Assembly: GCA_043228905.1 (NCBI GenBank)
Contig: JBHGNT010000009.1
Span: 930,001-994,000 of the forward strand
Source of the DNA: Azolla caroliniana
Taxonomy: Eukaryota > Plantae > Polypodiophyta
Reading direction: 5' to 3'
Length of the DNA: 64,000 nucleotides
Under the pieces are notes generated by a model, which was not told where the DNA came from, did not search any database, and saw only the letters and a program-made list of their open reading frames with translations. Position numbers and translations under genes: made by a program. Shown here piece after piece: positions 36,101 to 51,100 of the stretch. Each line of letters begins with the position of its first letter. The stretch's first letter is position 1.

Positions 36101-39100
36101 GTAAAAAATAAGGTAAAAAGTGACAAAAAAATCTTGTTGTTGTTACATGTAAGATTTTCAAGTCAGATAGATTGTAATTTTTGTCTTCACAAATATCTCT
36201 AGAATAGGTCAATCTAGAATGAAGAGGTGTCTAAAGAAGAAAGAAAGAAAGGAAGATATATTAACATCTTTTAAGAGGCCAAAATGGCTTATAAGACCAA
36301 ATAAGAGATTACATCTTAAGTGTTGTCTTGTCTTTGAGAACAAATCAAAATAAAATAAATATTACACAGTAAATATAAAAGTAAATAACATGAAAAGAAA
36401 AGAAATGAGGGAATCTGGTTTTTGGTACATGTGAGATCCTCAAGTTAGGTATATTGTAGCTTTTGTCTCCGAAAGATCTCTATCATAGGTCGAGTTCCAC
36501 TTGGGATAGAAGAAGAAAGATATATTAACATCTTTTAAGAGGCTAAAATGTCTTATAAAACAAATCAAGAGATCACATCTTAAAACGTAGTTTCATCTTT
36601 GCAATCAGCTTTTGTCTTTGAAAGATCTCTAGCATAGGGTGTGCAGTGATAGATGTATGTCCATATAAGGTGGCCAGATGATGAATCCATCCTCCGATGT
36701 GTGTAAAAAGTGTCTTGTAATTGGGCCATGTTCGTACCAAGTGATATTTTGGGGTTGATCCATGTTATCTTTTTTTCCAAGTTAATTATATTAGTTTGGA
36801 TCACTCTATTCTTTTTAACTTTGGTCATGTTTAGATGGGGACAATCCAAGCTATATTGGAATAGGGTTGTTGCATTTATTCTTTTGCCAATGGACGCAGA
36901 CCATTGCTTCATTTCTCCATTTTCTATATGTGTGCCAACCTTGGGTACCTTTGTTTAGGAAGCTACCAAAGACGTTCGGTACAGGTCACTAATTGGAACA
37001 ATGCCTCGGTGATTATAGGGGCTGCTCCGATCTCTACCTATATTATATCATGGGGTTCCGTGCTTTGCTCCTTATCATGTGGGCAATCATTGACACTAAA
37101 GGTCTCTCTAAATCTTTCCAATGATTTGCCTTGTTAAGACTCGGTCCCCATGTTTCTACTCCATAGAGAAGAGTTGGTGCACATTGAAGGTTATAAATCT
37201 TTCAACAGTAAAGGTATATTTTGATTTTAACTCAATATGACTTGTAAGATGGATAACTTTCTAATATTGGTTTTCCAAAATGTATCACATAATGCTTTTT
37301 GAGCCCTCCAATATACTGGGAACACCATTACACAAGTTTAAAGTGTGCATTCACTACCAATATCTCAATGATACTCAATTTTCCATGTTGACCTCTTGAA
37401 GAAGCTTGGTCAACTATTCTTGGCATCCTGTAAGTAGTGTTGTCAGTAAACTCTGTAAAGGTTGCATCATAAAAGGCAATGACACTGTTACAGGCATGAA
37501 CATATAATATCTTGTGGTGAGAATTTACCGTAGTATTCTATACACATGGATAAGTGTGAGGGTTAAACGAGAGTGTAAAGAAGGGGAGGATTACTTTTAA
37601 TCCTCGGGATTGAGACAACCCATTAGGCCAAGTGTGAACTTGCTTGGGGGCCTTGGGTATCGCTATAAATAAGAGGCCTAGCTACCCTCATTTCATCATC
37701 TTTTGACTACGTCGAGACTCTGTTCTTGTGGTGGGTCAACTCTTGTAGCGAGTGCGCCATCACCAGGTACGACTCAACGCCACGGCGGTGGTATGGGACG
37801 CCGATCGAGGCTCGAGTCCGTCTCGATCCCTTCGCTCGGGGGTGGTCGGGTGGATCGGCACCCTTCTTTCTCTCTCTCCTCTCTATCTAGATCTATCGTT
37901 TATCCTTATCCTTTGCTTACATTAGTACATATCTCTAATAGGCACTGTGATTTCAATGCATGAATAATTGTATCAAGTTTATGAGTTGGATTTATTCAAA
38001 GCTCTTTTCTAAGTTCGACATTTCGATTAGGTGGAAAATACATAGGCTATTTAGTTTCAAACATATAATTGTAGTTTTGTCTAAATTTAAGCCTTAATCC
38101 TTGTTTGTTGGAGTCACCAGTGGTAGGTAAGTTTCCCTGCTTTAGGAACCTAACTACAATCCAACATAAATACATACGTTTATATTCTATCTCCATGAGT
38201 GGAGCAACAGTTAGCTATACCTTACAGCAGAATTCCCATCCCATCATGATCAAATTGATACAAATGAGTATATTTTTTTGAGAGTATGCTTTTAGTCATC
38301 GATTGCCTAGAATGCCAAAGTTCAATTTTTAATGGTACTTTTGGATGATCATTATGAGACCCACTATTTTATGATCCTCTCTGGACATACATTTGTCGTC
38401 CAGCAATACTACAGTCTAGACACAAGTTGACAAGGAGAAAGCCGATTTGGAGCTTAATCATTTTTACCATGTGAAGATCCCATACAACTAAATAGTATCC
38501 CAAGTCAGTCTTTGGATGTTAGTGTATGATATCACCGGTGTATGACTCAAATTCCATGTAAAGTCAACAATTGCTAAGTTATGATTCATAATCTCGAATT
38601 TGTATCTATATCTTTTGTAATAATCTGTATATAACATGTCACATGGTACAGCAAATTTTATCTTCTCAATATTCTTTCTGGCCATATCAGATTGCAATGC
38701 AGCCGATCGAGTTTGTCTACAGTCCAACACTTATGAAACAAATGAGCAACTTCTTTGATCGTCCAAGTTCTCTTCAGACTTTGAAAGATCTGGTATGATT
38801 CATTTGCTTTGAAGCTCTTGTTAATAATTCCTTTCTGGATGGTTGAGATTCTGGAATCCAGGGTTGAATCTACAAAAGACCAAAATGCCTATATGAACTA
38901 AAATTTTCAAATTTATTTATTTCATCATAAATATAGTGCAGAGTCTAACAAAATTAAAAACTAAATCAAGGTATGTTCTTAACAAAATAACAAAAATCTC
39001 AGTAACATATTCAGAGCTTGATATACTATTAATGTAAACGCTCATCTGAAGAATGCATCAAAGAGCATTATTCAAGGTTTATATTCAGCTATTATTTGTC

Positions 39101-42100
39101 CGATTGTACAGACTCCATTTTATACACAGGTGGCTCATGGTTTATCTGAGTCTTCCGTTTATATTTGGAATCTTTCTTTGGCTATTCAGTTTTCTGCATA
39201 TAGGGAATGAAACCCCTTTTCTTTGATGATGGAATTTCTGTAGAAAGCTTAGAATCAGCTTATTTTCATTGGTGATTTGTTATCAGTTACTTTATTTCCT
39301 GTTTCTGGAAATGCTGGATGCAGAAAAGTTAAAATAGTTTTTAATGTTTCTATCCTTTCAAGACATCTCTTTAACCTGAAGTAGTGTGCAGATTTCTTCA
39401 TCGTTGGACCGACTGCAGAGTCCTCAGATAAGGTTACAAAGTAAAGCAGAGTATGTACTGATCAATATCAGGAAATGATTGAAAAACCTGTTATTTTTAT
39501 GATTGCAGTATCCAAAATACTCAGCCATACACTTGGTGCACTTGATAGGTTGGCTTTAGCTATGGGAAAACGAGTGAGCTTGAAAGTTGAAGTGCAGCGG
39601 CCAGTTATAATCTATCCCGAAAGCATACGATCTCTGGATTGTCCTTACCTGGTAAGAGTTTATAATTACATGAATGAGGTATCCATAGAACAGAATATGT
39701 GAGTGCGTCAGTTTTACAACATTAATTTGGCAGATAATTGTAATGGATTCGATGCAAATAAGGTCTAAAGACCAAGGCAGTGGACCTATTCTAAATGAGG
39801 CAAGTGGCGGAACTATTCAAGGACCAAATGGATTTGAACAGCTGTGTATTTTTCGACAGCAATCTGATGCTGCCAGTGAATGGTTTAATGAGACTATATA
39901 TCCTGCAGTTTATAATCAGTTCGAATTTCAGCTGCAACATATTGAGGTGAGTCTGGATGCCAACTGCTCATAATGCTTATGATTTTTTATGCTAACAAAA
40001 GCATCTTACCGAAATACTTTGAATAGGTGATTTTATCTTCCCATTCCAATTGGATAGATGGTTGGAGAGGCCTAAATGACAAGGATAGGTATTATCTTGC
40101 AAAACCTTTTGATGGTAGTGGCATACTGGAGATTTGTTCTTTGCCTGATGAACCTACACTAACACGCTTCAAGGTAGACGTACTATAAATTGCGTAATTG
40201 AATAATGAAATGATTTTGATATGATAATTTTGATAGATGTAATCTCTTGTTTTGCCTGATAGGCCAATTTGGCCCCTTAAAAGACGTTAATGTATCTTTC
40301 TTTCTTCTTCACAGATATGGGGTTTTATGCCTACTCTTGACATTACCTTGTCAGCAAAGAAATGGACATTGTTAAAATCATTGTTCCTCAGTGATACAAA
40401 TGGTGAAGCCTCAGAGTTTAAACCGCTTAATGCATCAATGGTCAGTGAGGTTGTTGGAGATGAGAATAACCATCACACAAATTTATCATCTCAGGATAGT
40501 TCAGAGGCTGTTAAATTTCAAGTTGTTCTGCTTCCAAAGAGGCTCTCTTTCAGTCTGGTCACAAATTCAGAGATGGATGATTCCAGCACTTTACATGCGA
40601 CTGGGGATAATGCATCTCTACTGTGAGTAGAGATGTTGTGTGCATAATTTGAGTGTTTTACATTGTTTCCTCTTTTTGGGCTGTACATTTATGTGTGTTC
40701 ATTTTCCTTTTAGTAAAATATTGAATATTGGTTTTTTTTCACATATGGATTCTAGAAATGAGTTGGTATTTGTGCATTTTTTGTATGTATTGATGTCTGT
40801 TATGATGCATTGATATTTTTGTGTTTGACTTCAGGTTTACACATTCGGAAAATCAACAAAAGCTGCGGTTTATAGTAGATTCTATAAATATGAAGGAAGT
40901 ATGGCATGATCAGGATGCTATATTTTCTTTGCATTCTCTGGGCCATTTGATTGTTTCTGCATCATTTGAGCCCACAACAGTCTGGGGATGGGATTGGGTG
41001 ACTTCAAATGTTAGCACTGCATTCTGCATACGTGATGAACATTCCAATGCAGATATCGCTTTGGTGGATTTCAAGGATGCAAAGTTGTTTGGTTCATGGA
41101 GGGATGGATCTTTGGATTCATTGAAATTTAAAGCTTCACTGGTTAGGATCAAATGTGCTACATGCCAGTTGGATGGTAACAATTTTAGAAGCTTTTCTTT
41201 ATGCAAAGAGAACAATTCATGGTTCAGCTATCCTGTTGAAATGCAAGATTGTGATGACTTATTCGTATGTGAGCCATTAGATGACATCTTGGGATTGGAT
41301 ATTGATTTCTTCAAAGGAAGGGAATGCAAACAAATAACTATGTCAATGCCATTTTCCAAGGTGAATCTTCACTTCAGTAGCTGGGGAAGATATATCCAAG
41401 TAATGTCAATATTCATACCCCAGTCTAGACATGATGCTCAAGAGAATGTGCAAGAAAGTTCAACCAATATTATGGAACCTGCAGTGGTTCCTGCACAGTC
41501 ACAAGATAGCATTGAATCACTGGCAAATAATTCTGGCCTAAATGACAATTCTATAGTGTTTAAGTCATCCTTAATTTGTCTACTTGTCTGTATCCCTGAT
41601 TATGGGCAGGCCACTTCAACGAAGATCAAGAAGTCATGTTTAAATGGCGTTCACCATGAGCCAAATCTTCATTCAATGTGTAGTTTGACCGCAAGGCACA
41701 TTTCTTTTAAGACAGTATTCCAGGTTGAAAAACTTTGTTACAAAGGTTCATTGTCTGATGTCAATGCATCAGTACATAAATGTGAAATAAACTTAATAGA
41801 GAATATAGATGAGACCTTCCAGTGCATTCCCCTATTACGTATTGCAGATATGCAATTGTCTTCAAACACAGGTCTCAAATCAACTGTAAAACATGTTCTC
41901 AATGTGTGGGTTAATTTCTTGGTTAAAAGGCTAGATGTATGGTGTTCACATTCTGTCATACAGTTTCTGAAGGCCTTCAGATTTGAAGATATTAAGTCAA
42001 CTGATTCCACCCTTGAGTTTGATTCAATTATTGTGATGGGTTCACTTCAACGAAGCTCAATTTTGCTTTCTGATGGAAGGGTAGGTAAATATATAATCTT

Positions 42101-45100
42101 ATTTGGCCATAATGCTTGTCCAGTTTATCAAAGTATATTAGTGACATGAAAGGATACTATGACATTACTATTTTGCAGTGGAATTGCAATGCACCAATTT
42201 TTGAGGTTCGAATGAAGACACTCAACTGTCAAATTAATTGGTGTCCCGATAAGTCCGAGTCCTCTACTTCAATGCAAATGGAAGTGGATTATCATGATAT
42301 GGAAAAGGTTTGTCATGCAATTGGAGCAAAATTATTGTTACCATTCCGTATTTGAACTGAATTGATGCTAGTTTCAAATATGCAGGTAGCATGGGAACCG
42401 TTTCTGGAGCCTTGGGACTTGTCTTTGAATATGATGTCAAACTTAAAAAATAATCAAGTTCATGAACTGAATTTCTCATCATCCAGCCAGTTGAACATTA
42501 ATTTAACTAAACATCTATTACAGGTACTTGGCACTGCAATGTCTTTGGGTAAAAAGCAATTCTTTGGGTAACCAAACACCTATTATGTGCAAACGATGCT
42601 TTCTATGTTAAAATTTATTCCTTAAAACGTGCAGGCCAGTTTTCGTGCAATGGACTTGTTCTCCCATTCTTCACAAAATCTTGGATTCAACCAGACTCCC
42701 TTAAGCTATGCTGGATATGCCCCATACTGGCTACAAAATGATACTGGTGTCTGCATCAACTACTGGTTGGGTGGTGCTGTAAAGGCTGAAGATCATGATG
42801 GAGGAATTGATGGATATGGATTGTGCAATGTTGTACAGCCAGGAAGTTCAGTCCCAATATACATTGTAGAGACAATGGAGCAGGTATTTCTCAAAGGAAG
42901 AGGCAGTACTTCTTCAGATAGGCTTGCTGACAAGAAGGCACCTGGTGGCCAGCACAGGCTGATTCACATCCAGATTGAAGGAACTTCTAATGTGTCTTCT
43001 GCAATGTCGATGGATTTGGTGGGTGCACATATATTTTATGTCACGTTTTCTCACTCCTCAAGGGGCTCTTTTGAAAATGCTATGAGAAAAGGAAATTCTG
43101 TAGAAGGAAAGTTGAGTGAGAAAGGAGATTTGGATGTCAGAGAATCTGCATTTTGTACGCCAGTTGTTTTTGAGGTTTCTTGTCATCATTACAGCAAGAT
43201 TATAAGAATATTCTCAACTGTAAGTTCATTTATTCTTGTAATACATTTCTGTTGTATTTTCCCCTTCATTTCATTTAGTCTTTCTTGACCTTTATATGAT
43301 TGAATTGTGCTATTGTCAAACAGGTCAGTCTAGTGAATGCAACATCTGTACCCATGGAGGTTAGATTTGATATTCCATTTGGTGTTCTCCCCAAGGTAAG
43401 AGCTTCTATTTGCATTACCTAATTGTATATTTAGTTAAAAGCTTTAAGACGGGGCCTCAGTCAAATTTGCTCCAGCACCATTTGATGAGGGTTATTTTCT
43501 TGAAGGTAATGGAACCAATACTTCCAGGCAATGTTGTGCCATTGCCTGTTCATTTGGCAGAGACTGGACAAATGAGATGGCGTCCAATGGGAAATAGTCA
43601 TGTTTGGAGTGAAGCACAGTCTCTGTCACACATTTTGACATTGCCAAACCAGGCTTCAGTTAGATCCTTTGTCAGCTATCCTGTAAATCCAAATAATGCA
43701 ATATTCCGATGCTGTATAATGGCACAAGAGAACGTTGTCACTTCAGTTTCCCGAACAACTATTGCAGACCACCCACATAATTTGCCGACATACTCAATTG
43801 ATGTAAATAACCTTGATGCCCAAAATTTGATTAAGAGCAAAATTACAAACTCACTCTATATACATTCATCTACTTGTATTCTCCGGGATTTGGTTTTCCA
43901 AGCACCCTTGCTGTTCAAAAATTGTCTTCCATTGCCTTTAACCCTCACTTTGGAAAGTAGTGCAGGACTTCATCTTGATATCAGTATTTTACAGGTACTT
44001 CTATTTCTAGATAGGTACAAGTTGTTCTGAAGCTTTTGTCAGTGAAGATTGATTTGTTTTGAAGTGTGCTAATATGCATTGTTGTGAAGGGTGATTCAAA
44101 TTTTGTCCTTGAGGTGAATCCTGGACAAGACCTAGCGTTGACACTCAATGTGCCAGGTTTCTTGCCTACAAAATGGCCTGTCCAAACAGCTTATGTCTCA
44201 CTAGAAGATGAGAGGCCTACTAACCAAAATATTTTACTCTTTGTTGAAACACTAGAACTCCTTCCAAATTCTGATTCGGGTAACTGATCTGTTTATTTAT
44301 CTTTCATCAATTTAATGAATTGCAGATATCTCTAAAGTTTTCGTTGGTCAGATATTTATTGGTAACATATGTTTTCAGGCTATACTGTGTATGTCAAAGC
44401 TGAAAGTCTTTTCAACGTGCTTTCTGGTGCAAGAGAATTGACTATTTCTGTACCATTCTGGTTTTTTAATTGCACTGGTGTAAATTTAGGTATCATTGAT
44501 GAAGATTTTGATTTATTGACAACGAGCAATAGAGATTCGAAGGAGCACTTTGTTGCTTTCCTTTCAAAACCCGGAACTGCAGATCAAACTCCTGTTGAAG
44601 ACTGTTATGGACTGCAAACAGTCCTACAAGTGCCTTCGCCTTCAACAAGACTCTATATGCATGGCCAGTTCTGTGGAATCAGTGCCACAAATTCTTTCGG
44701 TGGGGTTAAAAATATCATCTCTTGTGAATCAGAGAGCGAACTATATGGAAGAATTAGTCCGGAGACCCAGAACCTAAAACCTCACATGTATTCACCATTG
44801 AAAAGTGCTCATCTGGGAGACAAACGGCTGAAAGCGAGAGTTGCAGTCTCTTGCGCACGGAAGAGTTTACTGCCAGATGTATCTTGTGAAACAAGCTGGT
44901 CACGTCCATTTTCTCTAAACCCACCTGGAGGAGTCACAACCATTGTAATTCCGTCATCAGAGCCAGAAGGAGGTTTGATTCTATCAATTGTATCTGCTAA
45001 CACAATGGGGGCTTCTGCTGGCAAGACAAGAACTGTTACTTTCCAACCAAGGTATGTTATGCTAAACAAATACTGACGGTATGTTCTGCTTTTTGAATTT

Positions 45101-48100
45101 GCTCTTTTGCATCTACTAATTAATTATGCTGCCTCATTGGTAGGTTTATCTTGGCAAACATATGCAACCATGATCTTTGTTACCGTCAGCAAGGATCTGA
45201 TGCATCTTATCACCTCCTTATAGGGAATCAAGCACATCTCCTCTGGTCTGATATGAACAGGTTTCAACTTAATCAATGCTAAATTTTCACAAAACCTTAG
45301 CATTAGACTACTACGGCAATAAAATATTGTCTGTTACCTATAAATTAAAGATAGTTTTTTGTTGTGGCAGGCCGTTGCTAGTTCATGTTCGATTTGTTGA
45401 ATATGGTTGGGATTGGTCGGGAGCTTTTGCTCCGGACCTACTTGGTGATACTCAACTGAAAGTGCGGAACTTGGTTACTGGTGCAACCCAAGTACTCCGT
45501 GTTGAGGTTCAAAATGCTGCGTTCTTACATGCTGAATTTAATGGTATATCTGCGACAGATAACAGCTTAGGAACCTACATGATTGTTCTATCTGAAGATG
45601 AGGGTGGATTCATGCCTTACCGTATCGACAATTTTTCTGTTGAGGTAAGATGTTTGAAATTTATGTTGATGCTAGATCAAGATCAGATGAATAGGCCTAC
45701 TGATCTATTGCTCTATTTGGTTGACACATTTTTAGCTCCTTTTTTGGAATCTTCGGTGTAAAGTTTTTGGATATGAATAGCTCACAATGTATTCTTATAG
45801 TGTAAACTGTTCTATGGATTCACTTATTGTTATTTTCAACTCCATCTTATTATATTGTAAAACTCCTTGATTAATATATTCAAGTTTTCCAGCGATTAAG
45901 GTTTTATCAGATCAAATGTCCAGACTTTGAGAGTGTACTGTTGCCGTACTCTTCGTGCCCCTATACATGGGATGAACCATGGCGTCCCCATCACCTTGTT
46001 CTGGAGGTGAGAAAAAGAGTTGTTGGTTCAAGGTTGCCATACACCGTAAGTACAGATGCTATACTAGAACTTCTGCATGTTGATCGTAGATTCCTGGTGA
46101 AGGTTGTATTGGGACTTTTGATCTAGATGAGATAAAGGTGCATCCTCGTATTCGTCTTCCTCTTACACATCAGGTTTACTCATACTACTCCAATAGTTTC
46201 AAAAGTTGTACACATTCATGTGTTACTGATGAAATATTTTGATTCATCCTTAGTCCATGTATTTTATTTTGTTCTGCAGAAGCCAGAAAGGGAGTTTCTA
46301 GTTTCCATCCATGCTGAAGGAGCTATCAGGGTTAGTACTAACAGTATATAGACATCCAAATTCTTCTAAAGGTTATTTTACTTTTCCATGTCCATTGTGG
46401 ATTCTTTCAGGTTTTGACTTTTCAAGATATGAATTTGCATCCCCTGAAGAATAGAGTAATCAAAGAAGGACCCCCAAACCAGGGGTTACCATATGATTCG
46501 GATATTGTCTATACATTCAATCTTAATTTCAACTTTGAATCTGTTGGATTATCCATCATTGACCTTTCACCACAGGTATGGGTTATCGGCATTGACCATA
46601 AATACACATTGAACTATGGGTGATTTTCTGGAAAGGATTGTGCATGATGAAAGTTTGTTGTCAATGCCAAATGAACTCCTTAAATGGATTACCGATATTT
46701 GAAGTCTCAAGTATATGCTGAAGGGCCTACCACTATAATTTGATTGGTTTTATCATTTCGTTTCATGATTAGTCCTATAATTTGTATTGTAGATGCTTTC
46801 TTTCTACTGCCTTTTTGTATTTAATAATCCAGTGATTGATATTTTAAGAGGGCAGCAATTTCAGTTCCTATGATCAGGCACCAAACCTAATTGCTAGTTA
46901 TTCAAACCACTTAGTTTTACGAAGATAAAGTAGAAAGACATTTTGTTATTCACATTGCAGGTTAACACAGACTGTTGTAATCTTTATCAGATCTATAAAC
47001 CATATAGTCATTTACAGACATTTACATATCGTTATTTCTTTCTTCTACTATTGCTTTCTTGTCTCTGTCTAATCTTTTGTCGTTCTGTTCAACTTGAGTT
47101 GTGGATAGTGTAATTTCACATATATTTGAAGTGTAAAGCGGGTATACTGTGGTCTGAAAGGATGCATATTATCAGGATGAAATTTTCTGGTTTTTTATAT
47201 GAAAACAAACTCTTTAAGTTATGGATCAGAATCAGGCCGTGTGGTGATTCTGGGTGCTGGTTTTTCCGTACAGTTAATGTAAAACATAAAAAAGACACTT
47301 AGTGACAGAAACTAACATCTCTGATATGAGTCTAAGAGGACCGTTGTTTGAAGCTCCCAGGTTTCTGCCAGCTTTTTGTACTTCACTTCAGTTTGTGACT
47401 AATCTGGATAATTTAATGCTGTTCAATTTGAAAATAAATTTACTGAGACATTCATTTGATCATATATCGTTTCTTTATTTAGGAAATACTATTTGCATCT
47501 GCAAAAGGAGTAACTGTGCAGCTCCTACAGGGTTCCTGTGAAGAAAAGCTGAATATAAATGTCTCATACATTCAAATTGATAACCAACTTCCGCTATCTC
47601 AATACCCTGTTATGCTCATGGCTGGTAGTTATTTTCCAAATGAACGTGCATCTGGGGATAGGCCAGGAAACATTCTTCCTGGTGATAACACCGGAGTTCA
47701 GTTTCAATCCTCAGCTTTCACATTGGCTGTTAGTAAATGGAGAAATCTTGCAAGCTCTGTAGATTGTTTTCAGAAAATAGATGTCAGGTAGTTATTCAGA
47801 TATAAATATATTAGCTTTTGTAGCCATCAACCTAGATTAATGCTTTATTTTAACATTCCAGCTTAGCTCCTGCTCAAGTTCAACTTGATGAACACATAGT
47901 AAGCTGCATGGTTGATTTTGCCGAAGTATTAAGTGGATCTGCAAAGCAAATAGTCCATTTAGATGGCAATTTATGCCCCAGTGATATGGGTTCACAAACA
48001 TCCTTGAATGCGCAGAACTATGAATTGTTGGTCGATCCCAACTCTAGTGAACTTCATCTGATCAAAACATTGAAATGGAAAGAAATATACAATTCCTGGC

Positions 48101-51100
48101 CTGCACCACAAGCTGTCAAATGTGTGCAGACTCAGAATCCAAAGCATTTTCAGGGTGGAAGAAAAGTGTATATCGAGAATCTCTATATTGCACCTATTGA
48201 CATTGTTATAAGGTTTGTATATCTTGCATATCAATGTAGAGTTACTAATTCTATTGATTGTTCTTGAATATTCGTCCACTAGATTCTGTGTAAATTTTAA
48301 CACAGGTTGCTTAATCCAGCTTTTCTAGCATTTCCTGGTCGCATGAACGTAGAGGCAACATGCAGTCAGCATCGTTGCTATGGAGAAATGGAGGCCCAGT
48401 ACAGGTATGGAACAATATTGTTATATACTGTGTTAGAGAAGCTTTCAGTGCATTGAACATATCCTTTTGCTAATTAATGCTGTCTGTGGGCAGCGAGGTT
48501 TGATGGCATTAATTGATATTGAAGCAGCTCCTATCCAAATGAAGCAACTTTCTCTTGCTCACCCATTAGCTCGGTGGGATGCAATCAGGGGCATTATAAT
48601 CAAGCATTATACTAGACAATTACTACATGAAATTTATAAGGTCAGTGCTGCCTGATTATTCTTTTTCTTCCTAAGTTGCCTGAAATTTATAAGGTCGGTT
48701 AAAGATTAGATTTAAAATATTTTACCCTTCATATTCTCGATGTTCTCAGGTACTTGGATCAGCAGGATTTCTCGGCAACCCTATGGGTTTCATAAGAAGT
48801 TTGGGATCGGGTGTCAGGGATTTCGTATCAGTGCCAGCACAAATCTTTGTGAAGGTGAGGCTCATTTATGAGGGTTAGCATCAGGTTCATAACTAGCTCT
48901 GAAGAGTTAACACAAGCAATTGTAAACTTTGTTCCGTCTAATTGTTGGTATGGTTATAGATTTGCTTATGTTGTGTATTTTTAACCATGTATGACCTGCC
49001 ATGTGATCAGAGCCCAACACAGCTTATGGGAGGATTTGCTTTGGGAACGCAAAGTCTTGTTAGTAATACTGTATTTGCTGTGACCAATGCTGCCACTCTG
49101 ATGAGCAGGGCTGCAAGAAAGGTTTGTCTGGAATGTCCTATATAAATTGAATGATAGCTACCTAAATATTTTGATATTTGTTTGTGAAATATTGTGATGT
49201 ATTGCAGGGTGTGACAGCTTTTGCTATGGGGCACCAGCAAGAGCAGGATTTTCAGGACTATGGTGTGATTAGTGAATTGCTAGAGGTAATGATTTTATTT
49301 TAATAAAATAAATATATCCATAATATATACTTATGAGTAAGCCACACTTTTTTTGTTACCAGGGGCTTACAGGTCTGCTTCAGTCGCCAGTAACAGGAGC
49401 TCAACAACATGGTATTCCTGGGATTTTATCTGGTAACTGTTATAGCTCTTAAACCCATGTAATAAATATTACAAAAAGTCCTAAGCCTAAACCATTCAAC
49501 CCATTTAAGCCATTTATATCATTTAAAACTGGTTAAACCATAAAACTGTTAAAGTTGATAAAGACTCAAACCAAATCTTACACCCCAAAGACAAATTGAA
49601 CCCAAACTGAACGAATTGCAAGATTTTGAACCTAAGCGGTTTGGTTTAGCTCAAACTGAACCGTTGGTGATTGCCATTAGTAACCTTAAAAGAATAGCAG
49701 TTTCTATGTTTTCCACAGCCAGCTTTGTGACAAAAGCCACCCACGTAAGTATAGCCAACCACTCTTTGTTATCTTGGAATAATAGAAATAAGAAAGTTGA
49801 CATTCAGGTAAAACCACAGTATCAATAGCTGAGGATATGATATTCTTCCCTCTGTGCACAAACGTATTTTACTCAAACCAACAATTTCAAATTTTTTAGT
49901 TTGGGAAAAAGATGGCTATTTGTAGAAAGAAAGATATATTAACGTCTTTTAAGAGGCCAAAATAAGAGAAATATGCTCCAATTTCTTTTTCTTTAATTGT
50001 TTTGGTTGTCATCTCGAAACTCTGATGAAAATGAAAGTACGAAATATAGATGTAACCAACCATCACCATGTACGAACGAAGGTTGAAATTCAAATGCCAA
50101 TATGTATATATATATTTCCCAGATAAAGGAAAATAAGTCTGGTTACATTTCGCGTATTCTCTATGGCAGGTATTGCTCTGGGGGCAGTGGGTTTGGTTGC
50201 AAGACCTGTGGCAAGTATTTTGGAGTTAGCTGGGAGAACAGCACAAAGCATCCGAAGCTGGAGCCATCCAATCCAACAAGCAAAGCGGATACGCCCTCCA
50301 AGATATATTAGCACTGATGGCCCATTACTACCTTATTCATGGGAAGAAGCCATAGGCCATGCAGTGCTAAGAGAAGCAGTGGCATCTCGTCTTCAAAATG
50401 AGGTTTGCGCGGCATCCATTATAACTAATATACATGTTTCAAAACAGCTAATATATATAAGTTTCCAAAACAACCAGAATCGCCTCTGTAGTGCAAGATT
50501 TACTAGTTAATATCAAAACAGTTTTAGGGCATTTTATTGTTTTTCCCTGTACATTGCAACACTGCTGTTCTTGTTGCTTGCTTTGTTATATCCATATAGA
50601 TAGGAAGAAATTGGCCTATTCATAGTTTCTCATGTCACTTGTGTTTTTCCTTTTAATTGCTTTGGTGTATGAGGGTGTGAGAAGGCATTAGCATACTAAT
50701 AATTCTTTGAGCTCACATGTTTATCTTATCACTTGCTTTCCCTTTTGGGGAAACAACAGGTTTACCGTACATGTAGGCCTTTATCTGAGCCTGGAAGATA
50801 CATATTGCTGACAGAGAAGCTTCTTTTGGTAGTGAGGAGCACTGGTCAGAGTGTTAGCATAGGACCTGAATGGATTATAGACGCAGAGATAAGCATTCGG
50901 GATATTTTATATATTGAGAGAGTTGAGCAGTGTCTAAACATATTGAGGGGATCACCGGTATACCTCCCGAGGCAAAAGAAATTGAAGAAAAAACTGTTAT
51001 CAACATCTGGCCCTTTACTCCACGAGTCTATTGAGCTTAGCAGAAGTCATGATGCAGAGGAAATTGCTGATTGTATAAATTACTTGACAGATAAGCATCT

